A stretch of 64,000 nucleotides of DNA. Origin: Entomortierella parvispora E1425 (taxonomy: Eukaryota; Fungi; Mortierellomycota). Positions 23,448 through 34,739 of the stretch are shown here, piece after piece. The stretch lies in contig BQFW01000001.1 of NCBI GenBank assembly GCA_020891255.1, positions 992,001-1,056,000 on the forward strand, given 5' to 3'. Positions within the stretch are counted from its first letter, which is position 1. Each line of letters opens with the position of its first letter. The notes under the pieces were generated by a model. That model did no database searches. It was not told where the DNA came from and was given only the letters and a program-made list of their open reading frames with translations. Position numbers and translations under genes: made by a program.

Positions 23448-26400
23448 TGAAAAGTATATGGCACACGGAGTCAGTGAGAATAAGAGAGGGATCTCTGTTT
23501 TATTGAACCGGTCAGGATATTATCCTGACCGTTGCCTCCGTGACTGTGCCTTGCTGCCAGCAGCATCATTTGCCGCTGCGCCACCAAATTATGCGACAGA
23601 ACTTCCCCTCCCATGGAGAGCGAAGCGCGGGTTGACACTACTGGTCAGTGAGAGGGTAAAAAATAAAACCTCTATGAAAATGTTATGGTTGAGGAAAAGT
23701 GAAAAACCTCTTGTCTTTGAGGAAAACCATGTGGTAAAAAACCTCTTTGCCTGTTAGGTCTTCTTTGCGTAGTAGCGTTTTAGTTCCTCGTTCTCGTTTG
23801 GTATCTCTTCGATCTTTGATCCTGTGGTCGCTTATTTTCTTTGAGAAGTTGCCAATATTCTCTGATACATTGTTTTTCAATAAAGTTTTCTTCAGGTTCC
23901 CAAGTGTAGTCATCTTTGGAGTAGCCAGCCCATTTTGCTTTGTATTCCCACTCCCCCTTTCGAGAAGGATGAGGACGGTGGTCGAGAATGTACTCGATCT
24001 CGAATATGGGCAGCGTATTTAAATCCTCGAGTACGAGTTTGAGCTGGGATGGGGCATAGTTGCGACTGAGCGACTCGCCTGTACCATCTCTGAGCTCATA
24101 AGATCCACCGGTCGTGCGGCGCACTACTGTGTACGGGCCTTCATACCGTGGCGTAAGTTTATTACCGCGGATGGGATCAAGTGTCATGACTTTTGCGCCA
24201 TCAGGGAATTCATTATGCAGAACTGTGGCATTGAATCGGGCGATCATTTTCTTTTGAGTCTCTTCTGATTTCTTGTCAATCGCTGGAAAGACAATTTCAG
24301 TCATGTATGCGAGACGATCACAGAGCTGCTTGTGGGTCATGACGTTCTTGGTAGATTTGGAGTAATTTTGGAAGCCATTGGCCTTGCGAGCGAAGAAGAG
24401 AGAGAACGGTGATGAATTATGGAGAGCAACGATTCTTGTATTCATTGCAAGCTGTGCCATGGGTACATGAAGGTCCCAAGTATCTTGTTTCTGATGATGT
24501 TCTTTCTTGAGGATGTCGACTGCGACTTTGACATGTCGTTCAGCAACGCCGTTTCCTCGAGGGTGATACGGCGTAAGTAGCCGGTGGTCAACGTTAAATT
24601 CAGAGGTCATTGCAAGCATGACTTGGTTCACAAATTCCCTGCCGTTATCGGATTGTAAAACGCGAGGAAAGCCAACGGTACAAAATATATCAAACAGGGC
24701 TTTAGCGACAGTGTTTGCTTGTTTATCAGGGGAGCGCTCTTAAGAAGACGAAGCGTGTGCATACGTCGACTACGATAAGAAGGATTTCATTGCCTTTCTT
24801 TGAGAGTTTGAACGGTCCCGCTAAATCCATAGCCATATGATCTCCTGGCAGGTTTGCGTGGATAGCTTTTAATGGATGATAGCCTTTGATACTAATATTG
24901 TACTTCTGACATTCCGAGCATTTCTTAACCCAGTTCAAGCAGTCATCTGTGAGATGGGGCCATGTGTATTGTTCCGCATGTATAGACCGGACCATTGCAT
25001 TCGCTCCAAGGTGGCCGAGGGCGTGGGTTTTGTACAATATATCGTCCTGCTTCTTTTTGCCATGAACGACTTCTAACATTGTGTCTTTGTTTTGCATGAT
25101 GTGCATGTAAGCGTTGACTATGTGCCCATGGTTGGAGTCGTAGCGAGTCTGGATGGAGGCTGGGAACAGTCTAGACAAGTGATCTGGCAACACATTCATC
25201 ACTCCAGGTCGGTATTCGACCGTAAAGTCATAACTCAGGATTGTTTCATGCCAGCCAGTGAGCATGGAGTTTAACTCTTTCTGCGAGTGAATGAACGTAA
25301 GTGCTCGGTGATCTGTATACAGTGTAAAGTGTCTTCCCCAGAGGTAATAGTGGAATTTCGTGAGTGCAAACACGATTCCTAGCAATTCTTTTTGTGTGGC
25401 TGAATACCGTCGTTCTCTGTCTTGTAGAGAGCGTGCCATGAAGGATATGTATCTGTTCTCCCATTTTTTCTTGGATTCATTCCTGACTTTCTGGTAAAGG
25501 ACCGATGCAATGCCTACGTTGGATGCGTCAGTGGCGACGTAGAACGGCAGACCGAAGTCAGGGAAGTGCAAGATTGGTGCATGGCTTAGCAGTTTCTTGA
25601 ATGTATTGAAAGCATCGAGTTCGTCTGCATTGAGTTTGAACACTTTTGTTTCATGCCTCAACTTATCCAATGGCGCTGCCAACGTACTGAACAGCGGGAT
25701 GAATTCTCGAAAGAAATTAAATGTGCCCATGTAGGACTGAATCTGATTGCCTGTGGTTGGTGGAACCCACTGGTCGATATTGGCTAGCTTGGTAGGATCT
25801 ACCCGTTTGCCAGCCAAGTCAATGACAAAGCCGAGAAGTACAATCTGTGTTGCGAAGAAGTGTGATTTTTCTGGGTTGATAATAAGCTTTGCTTCTGTTA
25901 GGCGTTCGATTACACACTTGACGTGCGCTGCATGCTCTTCCTTGGTCTTGGAGAAAATAACGATGTCGTCAATGAACACCAGGACAAAGGGCAAGTCCCC
26001 CAAGATGCGTGTCATTCCGCGTTGGAATATGCTTGACAGTGGCTTAAGTCCGAATGGAGCTCGTCGGAACATATATTGAGTTCCTCGGTGCATGAATGCA
26101 GTGAGTGGTTGATGTCCTGCTTCGATAGGTAACCGGTGATATGCTTGTGTCAAATCGAGCGTTGTATAAATCATGTGGCCACCTATCTGTTGTAAGATGT
26201 CCGATATTAATGGTACTGGATGGTTGTCATCCTTTAATAATTTGTTCAGAGGACGTGGGTCTAGGCAAACCCGCCATTTCGTTTTATTGCCGAGGAGATC
26301 TTTCTTGGCCGCGAGAGTTAGCGTGTTATTGTGCCGATTGTTGGCCGGAGCAAGTGTGATAACTCCATCTTTAAGCCATTTGTCAACTTGTTCGTCGAAA

Positions 26401-29400
26401 ATATGCTGTTGCTGTTCAGCAAAAAGTCCTTGGTCTGCGATAAATTGTCGTGCCATCAGGAACATCCAAGAACACGTGCATCTCTGGTAGAGTGCAGTAG
26501 CTGTCTAGCGGTATCTGTGCGTTGTCCTTTATCGAGTCTTGGATTTCACTCATGAATTGTGCTTTGAGTTTCTTGAACTTGTCAGTCAGTTCTTCGATTG
26601 GTGTTTCCAATGGTAACACGGATGGCTTTTCATCTGGTGTTGGCGTTGGCAGAGTCTGTGCGTTTGCTCGTCCGTCTGCAATGCCTCCGATTGAGAACCC
26701 TAGTTTGTTAAATAGGTCCATGCCAATGACAAATGGGTATTGTAGGTCAAACAGTTCAAATGAGGCGAGAAGCGAATGTTCATTGCATTCTACTTCTATA
26801 TGTTCTGTTACTCCTGTTCTTGCTACATGCATTTTCTTGTGCCCGAGGAAGATGTTTCCCCGTGCTTTGCTGACCTCAATTTTCAGAGCTTCTACTAATG
26901 ACTTGTCTATGAATGACTTCGTGGCTCCAGAATCAATTAGTGCTTCAAATTGAAGGCCTTCGAAGTAGATCGGTACTACAAGTCTCTTGTCATTGTCGTT
27001 CTGGTCACCCATTTCATTGTATATAAGTGTTTCAAACATGTGTGATTGCTCATCGTTTATTGTCATGTGCTCCTGTGGTATGTCTTGTGACATTCTACTT
27101 TCCCTCCCCGCATGTGCCAGGACTGAATCTGTGGAGTGAACAGACTCTATGAATTCTTTATCTGACACTGGCGGCATGTCTCTAGTCTGAGAGGAGTAGG
27201 ACGCAAGAGTGAGTGCGTTGAAGTTGATATCAAGATCGTGGTATGTTTGCCACACATTTTTACGAGAGCGTAGTATATGAAGAGGGTCCTTACTGTAATT
27301 GCGCTCACGAGAGTTGTGGCTATCCCTGTTGTCTCTGCGCTGGCGATTGTCAGCTTGATATGGCCCGAAGCGGCTTGATCCGCGGTGGGACCGGTCTTGT
27401 CGATCGTCTGAGCTGTGTGAGCTACGCTCCGAGTGTTCATTGCGTCGTCGTTCGTCGTTCTGGCGCGCACGGCAGGCGTCCTTCTTATGGCCTAGCTTGT
27501 TGCAGTAGTCGCAGCTGATATGGTCCTTGGAAACGTGGTTGCCGTTCTTGTTACATTTATCACACCACATCTGCTTCGACTCAGCCTTGGCGGCGTGAGA
27601 GTTGGTGGTGGGCATTACTGGAGCGCTAAAGTTTTCGCGAGCTCCAGCTGGTCCTGTTAGCTTGCCCAGTGCGATACAAAAATCAGCGATAGAGCAATTG
27701 GAGTGTCTGGCACTGATGTTGCTTGTGGGTTGTCCAGTACGTATTGCGATTGGAATCGCGTGTTGACTGTGTCCATTTCAGATGATGCAAGTCCTTGTCG
27801 AAGCAGAGTCAAAACCACATCGTTGTTGTCTTGTACTCGGAATAGCTTTGTAGCTCTTGCGATCCGATGAGCGTAGTGACTATATGGCTCTCCTGCGAGT
27901 CGTCCAAATTTGGTGAGCGTGGTAACAGCGTTTTCTCGCTCTTCGATTGTTAAACATGTCTCGAAGAACGTCCTCTCGAGATAGTCCACTGTCAGCACCT
28001 CCTTGGGTGCCTTGAACTTCTCTTTCAGATTGGCATGAAAGTGGTCGTTGTGGACCAGGTACAGGAGGTATTTGTCTCCATGACTTCCTATGATTTGCTC
28101 CCCCACATACGGCGCGATTTCTCGTTCGAAGTGCGCCCACCAGTCGTATGCCGATAGGGATCCTGATGATCCGAATCGAAGCCATGTGGATAGAGGCTTG
28201 ACAGGAAATCCTGCCTCAGATCGCGCTTGTGGAGCATGGTTGCTTGCGCTTCGATCCTGCTCTTGATAACGGTCTACGGTGGACTGATTTGGATATGCCC
28301 ATTGTGCTGGTACAGGGCGGCGAGCTGCGTGAAGAGCATTGTATGTTTGCTCCATACTGCTGAGGAAGTCCTCGTTGCGCTTATGTTCTTCCTCCATCTT
28401 GTCTGTTTCCGGTGTGAGGTCCATGGGAGCTGTACCGGCATGGGTGACTCTTTTGTTACGTGAGATATGTAAAAGGAGTCTTACATTGGTGAGCCGAGTA
28501 GCTTCCATCTGTGCGTACGTTGCCGCAATGTCTGCCTCTATTTCCGCATCTGTTATGTCAGGCAGGGCAGTATGGGTAGGTACCGCCAAGGCTCTGGTGA
28601 TTGATACGACCGATGTAGGACTATCCTTTCTTGGAATAGATGGCAACTGTGACGGTGGTAGTCCTTCAAACGTCAGTCCACTTCTGGTGCCAGAGCTGGT
28701 GGATGGAATGGTTTCCTCGTCCACATCCATCTCTTCTGTGATGGATCCTTCGTGTGTGGCTACAGTGGCCAAGTCTCCGCCATTGTTGGTGGGTTCTCCA
28801 GAGTTGGAGGCAGTGGCGCGCGCGTTGGCGGCTTGTGCAACAGGTATAACAACTGCAGCGACTCTGCTCCGAATTGGTTTGTTGTTGTTGAGATTCACTT
28901 TGCCCATGTCGCGAAAAATTTTTCCCAGCTGAATTGACTTAATGCCGGAATGAACTGAATGTCGAAAAGTTCACCAAAGTCCATGAGCGGTGGCTTGCGT
29001 GCAGTAAGTGGTGTTCTGGTAACTTTCAAGGGTCCTGAAAGCGATGCTGTGTTCCGTTTAGATGGATGGGTCGGATTGACGGGTGAATTGGCGTTCCAAA
29101 GTTGATCTCAGTTAAATCGAGTGGAATTAACTTGCGGAATGTGAGATGCAGGTCAATGCTGGTGAATGTCGTCGCAGACAGTGAAGAAATGCTGTTGATC
29201 GGTCGAGTGCTGACGAGTGCGGTTGAATGGAGGTGAATGCCGGTTGTGAATGTCGGTTATGTTCCTGATCCTGCGAGATCTTCTTCTCTTCACTGAAAAA
29301 AATGAAAAGTATATGGCACACGGAGTCAGTGAGAATAAGAGAGGGATCTCTGTTTTATTGAACCGGTCAGGATATTATCCTGACCGTTGCCTCCGTGACT

Positions 29401-29453
29401 GTGCCTTGCTGCCAGCAGCATCATTTGCCGCTGCGCCACCAAATTATGCGACA
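23448..29453 (-). mobile_element. Full-length chromovirus G (151-bp LTRs 23448-23598 and 29303-29453), 5-bp TSD TTTGT
   Basis: Apparently identical LTRs TGTCGC...CTTTTCA, PPT GGGAGGGGAAGTTC, gag with CCHC-type knuckle(s), PR LIDSGAT, RT FIDD, RH, INT, chromodomain ...TWEPEENF. Confidence 0.95.
23780..28907 (-). pseudogene. Gag-pol of G, broken by about three 1-nt shifts (pieces 27657-28907, 26416-27615, 24726-26465, 23780-24631)
   Basis: Domains are in the canonical order and the pieces abut or overlap. Confidence 0.85.
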
Positions 29454-29646
29454 TTTGTGTTCTGAAGGGTTCAACAAAAGTGTACTGGCAGGAATCGTAA
29501 AGGAAAAAGGCAACCAGGAGCAAAATGGATTTTGCTCCCTTCTTTATAGAAAAAAAAACTGAAACTAAACAAAATAATAAATGCTACTGAAAATATATCT
29601 CTACTCCGATGGATGTGGACCGGGACTCCACATCTACTACACCACA

Positions 29647-30125
29647 GCGGTACAACATTGCTAGAAAGGGATACCACCCTTTAAAAGCCATTCACGCAGA
29701 ACTCCCTGGTGAACATTTGGCTATTGACTTGGCTCAATTTCCACCAAGTAAAGACGGCAATGAATATGCCCTCCTAGTTGTCGATGTCTGCACTAGATTT
29801 GTTTTCCTATTTGAATTGAAAACAAAAGATGCTGCTTCAGTTAGTAAGCGTCTCTTTCGTCTATTTTGCGACATTGGATTTCCAAAGATTATCCAAAGCG
29901 ACAATGGTCTAGAGTTTGTCAACAAAATTATTACCAATCTGACAGAAACTCTACAGATTGACCACCGAGTCTCAACGCCATACCACCCTCGAGGTAACGG
30001 AGTGGCGGAAAGACATATTAAGTCAATGAAGGACATCTTGCGAAAAAACAATGAAGCAAACCCTACTGATTGGGATGTGCACTTACCCATGGTTCAGCTT
30101 CAGATGAACAGCAAAATTGTGTCAC
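29647..30125 (+). pseudogene. Integrase fragment J (G/I/F lineage)
   Basis: QRYNIARKGYHPL...IDLA...QSDNG...NGVAER. Ends abruptly against A3. Confidence 0.88.
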
Positions 30126-31172
30126 TGCTGGCCAGAGTTGAGGAAGAACGGCGAGTATCCCGTGGATGCATTGACAGCGTTATTATAGGCGAATTCCAGT
30201 GACGGAAGGAGCTGGTCCCAGTTAGACTGCTTGTTGTCAATAAACGCTCTCAACATAGTCTTCAGCGTCTTGTTCATAACCTCTGTCTGCCCATCCGTCT
30301 GTGGGTGGTAGGCGGTTGACAGTGCAAGTTTGACATCCATTAGCCTGTGCAACTCTTGCCAGAATCTACTAGTGAATCGAGTGTCGCGGTCCGAGACGAT
30401 GGATGTTGGTGTGCCATGCAGCTTGAAGATGTTGTCAAAAAACTGGTGGGCGACGTCGACGGCTGTGGCAGAGGTAGTACTGGGGACGAAGTGAGCTTGC
30501 TTGGTGAGTTTGTCGACAAACACTGTGATGGCGTCAAAATTTCTAGCTGTGGGCGGAAGAGGGCCGATGAAGTCCATGGTGACTACCTCCCAACGTTGCG
30601 AAGAAATGGGTAGCGGTTGCAAGAGTCCAGCTGGTCGATCCTGGGAGTCCTTGTTCCTTTGACACTTCTCGCAGGTTGCTACATACTGCTGGGTATCCTT
30701 GGCGATGTGGGGCCAATATACGAAACGGCGCAGGTTGTCGTAAGTCTTCTGAAAACCAAAGTGTCCAGCAGTGGCAGAGTCGTGAGCATCGTGCAAGAGA
30801 GTGAGGCGGATCGGGGAGTGCCGAGGGATGGCCAGGGTGGTTGCTCCACGTCGGGTAAAGTAGAGGAGGTTGTTCTGGAATGAATATCCATTGGCAACCT
30901 TCCCATCCAGGCAATCCTTGTAGATGGGTCCAAGTCGAGGATCGTCGTTGTAGTCCTGGACGAGCTGGTCACGGACGTCCGGGGACAGGGAGACGCTGAG
31001 GTTGTATAGCTCAACAGGGTCAGGCTCGCGGTAGTCCGGTCGTCGGGAGAGAGCGTCTGGGACGATGTTGTCAACTCCTCGCTTGTACTTGAAGTCAAAG
31101 TCGTATTCCTGAAGCAACTCCATCCAGCGAGCCTGTCGACGAGTGAGTTTGGGCTGTGTGGGAAAGTGGCGG

Positions 31173-31679
31173 TGTGGTGTAGTAGATACAGATCACACAT
31201 TTGTAGAAGTCAGCTTAGATACCCTTAAAAGATTGCGTTAATATAATTTCGTGTTCAGAGCAGTAATTGCTCTGGGTCGCTTCCTTCCCTACTTTTTCGT
31301 TTGCCTTTGTTTGATCGTTACAGAACACATACACATCCCCCCCCCACTTCCTGCCCGATATCCCCTTTGCAACAGCAGCAAGATCGACGCCTTAATTCCG
31401 ATTGCTGAGACTATTAGTAGCTAGTCTAACCTCCTCCCCCCCCATTTACCTTTGGATATCACAGACCCTGTTCTGCCGATCAAGCTTGCCTTCGTACAAG
31501 TCTTGAGCTTCCACCCGACTGAGATCTTTATTGATACTTGGTTCACACAGTTTAGACAGTGAGATCCTGCAACGTCTATCCTCCCCCTCGCAAGCAATCC
31601 CCTTTCCCTTGATCACTTGTGACCCGCCCCTCTCTCCTTGAGCTACGACCGATCCCCAACCCATTGTAGCAACACCACA
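31173..31679 (+). repeat. Solo LTR C2 (507 bp), TSD GCGG
   Basis: TGTGGTGT...ACACCACA termini, with GCGG on both sides. Confidence 0.95.
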
Positions 31680-33269
31680 GCGGAGGGTGGCGTGGTCGGT
31701 GTGGACGCTGAACTTGGTTCCATCGAGGTAGTAGCGCCAAGTGCGGAGCGCATGGATGACAGCCAACAGTTCCTGCTCATGGACAGGGTAGTTCCGCTCA
31801 GCTGACTGCATTTTCCTGGAAGTGAATGCGATGGGATGGGTATTCCCTTCCCGGTCAGTCTGCAGCAGCACTGCACCGATGGCGAAACCGGATGCATCTG
31901 TTTCGACAAAGGTGAGGAGATCGGGGTCGAAGATGCGGAGGACGGGGGCGGAGCAGATGGCCCGTTTGAGTTGAAGGAATGCAGATTGTTGTTCGTCGGT
32001 CCATTTGAAGGGAGTGTTGTTGGCGAGGAGGGAAGAGAGAGGGAGGGCAATCCCTGCAAAGCCCGATACGTACTGTTGATAAAATTGCGCAAGCCCCAAA
32101 AATTGCTGGACGTCCTTTGTGCTCTTGGGGGTGGGCCAGTCACTGATGGCTTTGCTGAGCCCAGCCGATGTTTTGATCCCGTCTTTCGTGATGGTGTGGC
32201 CCAAAAATTCAGTTTCGTCTTGCATGAAGGAGCACTTGCTCAATTTCGCGTACAGACCATTCTTGCGGAGGAGAGCCAGGACGCTTCGGAGATGCTGCAG
32301 GTGTTCTTTCTTTGTCTTGGAGTAGATCAACAGATCGTCGAGATACACGACAACCCATTTGTCCAAGACTGGATCGAGCACTCGCAACATCATATTGGAG
32401 AACGAAGCAGGAGCGTTAGTAAGGCCAAAGGGAACAACATTGAACTCAAAGTGACCATAGCGACAACGGAAGGCAGTCTTGTGTGTGTGTGGTTCAAAGA
32501 TACGCTGCTGATGATAACCGGATAACAAGTCCAACTTGGAGTAATAGCGTGCTCCACGGAAGCGGTCAAGTAGCTCGTCGATACGGGGCAACGGGTGTCT
32601 GTTCTTCCTGGTGATCTTGTTGAGGCCACGATAGTCGACGCACATTCGGAGTGTGCCGTCCTTCTTCCGCACAAAGAGCACGGGGGCGCCATAGGGAGAG
32701 GTACTGGGTTTGATAAAACCTGCTGCTAGCAATTGGTCCAGTTGTTTGCGAAGTTCGTCAAGCTCGGCGATTGAAAGTCTAATGACAGGGCGGAAGGGTG
32801 GGTCGGCTGTCGGGTCGGTCTCGATCTTCATAGCATCACCACGGTCTGGGGGCAGGCCGTCCGGGAGTTTCTCCGGAAAGACATCAGTGAACTCTTCCAT
32901 GACAATGGACCGCACCTCTGGGGTCATATCGGGAATTGTACGCGGTTGGTCAGTTTCTTCAGAGGGCTCTGGGGTGTTGCGAATAAGGGCCAGGAACACC
33001 TCCGAGCCGGGCAGGGTTGCCATGGAATGAAAGTGCATGTGTGTGAGGAGGAGTCCTTTGGTGCGGCTTTGGATGTGATCGGCCTTGAAGCCGCGGCAGC
33101 TCCATTTGACATCGATTCCATTGTGAGTGAAATGAAGATCATTGGTGCGCCAATTGATGCAAGGGTTAACTTTGGTGAGCCAGGGTTTGCCATGGATGAG
33201 GTCGTATTTGTTGAGAGGATAGAGAATAGGGTTGAGCGAATCGGAGTAGTCGCTGCGGTTGAGGGTGAT

Positions 33270-33479
33270 TGCAAACAAATAGACCTCGTGCAACAGTCAA
33301 ATCAGACTGACCGTGCAGCGCCTTCACTCACAGCAGAGCCACAAACAAAGGGTCAACTAAAACCACTACCACCATTGCCGCCATTGCCACCACCGCAACC
33401 TTTAGTATAAATACCCCGGACTTCATATCAATAAACATCATTCAATCTTCGTGCTCTTCCCTTGGCCTTTACTATTGCA
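33270..33479 (+). repeat. Solo LTR of family B, TSD GTGAT
   Basis: GTGAT at 33265-33269 and 33480-33484. Confidence 0.95.
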
Positions 33480-34193
33480 GTGATGGGGACGGTGTGTGAT
33501 GTGAGGGAGGAAGAGCCATTGGGGAGGAGGATGGGGATGGGCAAGCATTCAGTGCGGAGGAGCTGGTGTCGCTTTTGAAAAGACGAACTGATAATATTAC
33601 CTTCTGCACCACCATCAATCAGGATTCTGGCAGCGTGGCCATTGACAGAACCGATGAAAGTGAGCAGTTGGCTCTCTGCCTTTTGGACAGTGAATTCGTG
33701 TAGGCGAATCGCACGACGCTTCAACTTCTTCAACTGACTTTTGGACAGAGGTACGCTAGGTGCCGGCGGTACAGCGAGAGGGTCCGGTTCATCTGTATCG
33801 GAGGATCTAGGTAGAGGAGCGGACAGGGCAACTGGAGCGGGCGAGGCAACAGGGTTTTTGGTTTGGTTTTGGTTTCGGTCCGATAGAACAACCAGAGCAT
33901 CGTGGATGTGAGTTCGCTTGTCATGATTGGAGTCATGTTTCTGAGGTGTAGAATCAAGTGAAGTTTTATTTGAGGTACTTAGCTCAGGGTTGTTGGCTAC
34001 AGTTTCGACAACTGGGGTCCGGACCGACCCTAGTTGCAGGAGGCTTTTCCCGAATCAGGGGATTCACCCGCGGTTACTTGATTAATTCCTCGTCTGCCGT
34101 TGCCGTACTTAGGGCAATTGGGACTGATGTGACCCAATTCGCGGCAGCGAAAGCAGCCACCGTTACGTACAAGGTACTCTCGGTCGGCGGCGG

Positions 34194-34700
34194 TGTGGTG
34201 TTGCTACAATGGGTTGGGGATCGGTCGTAGCTCAAGGAGAGAGGGGCTGGTCACAAGTGATCAAGGGAAAGGGGATTGCTTGCGAGGGGGAGGATAGACG
34301 TTGCAGGATCTCACTGTCTAAACTGTGTGAACCAAGTATCAATAAAGATCTCAGTCGGGTGGAAGCTCAAGACTTGTACGAAGGCAAGCTTGATCGGCAG
34401 AACAGGGTCTGTGATATCCAAAGGTAAAGGGGGGGGAGGAGGTTAGACTAGCTACTAATAGTCTCAGCAATCGGAATTAAGGCGTCGATCTTGCTGCTGC
34501 TGCAAAGGGGATATCGGGCAGGAAGTGGGGGGGGGGATGTGTATGTGTTCTGTAACGATCAAACAAAAGCAAACGAAAAAGTAGGGAAGGAAGCGACCCA
34601 GAGCAATTACTGCTCTGAACACGAAATTATATTAACGCAATCTTTTAAGGGTATCTAAACTGACTTCTACAAATGTGTGATCCGTATCTACTACACCACA
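34194..34700 (-). repeat. Solo LTR C3, TSD GCGG
   Basis: Inserted in the gag zinc-knuckle region of A3, with GCGG on both sides. Confidence 0.95.
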
Positions 34701-34739
34701 GCGGTCAGGGGTGCGGGGCGATCTCGAGAAGGGTTGTTA

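Larger units (their letters stand above)
22577..29646 (-). repeat. LTR D4 split by element G (pieces 22577-23447 and 29454-29646); flanks TCGG/GCGG do not match
   Basis: The D sequence resumes exactly after G with TSD TTTGT. The left flank is the RT of F and the right flank is the integrase of J. Confidence 0.88.

Noticed and set aside
7800-27700. Many pol frameshifts as evidence of decayed or programmed recoding sites
   Set aside because: Most fall in homopolymer runs and differ between otherwise identical copies, consistent with long-read indel error. Only the two gag-pol signals have supporting structure.
31173-31679. C as a MITE or DNA transposon because of TGTGGTGT/ACACCACA inverted termini
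   Set aside because: It shares termini, a central block and the CpG 4-bp TSD with D, which demonstrably forms the LTRs of retroelement E. Treated as an LTR.
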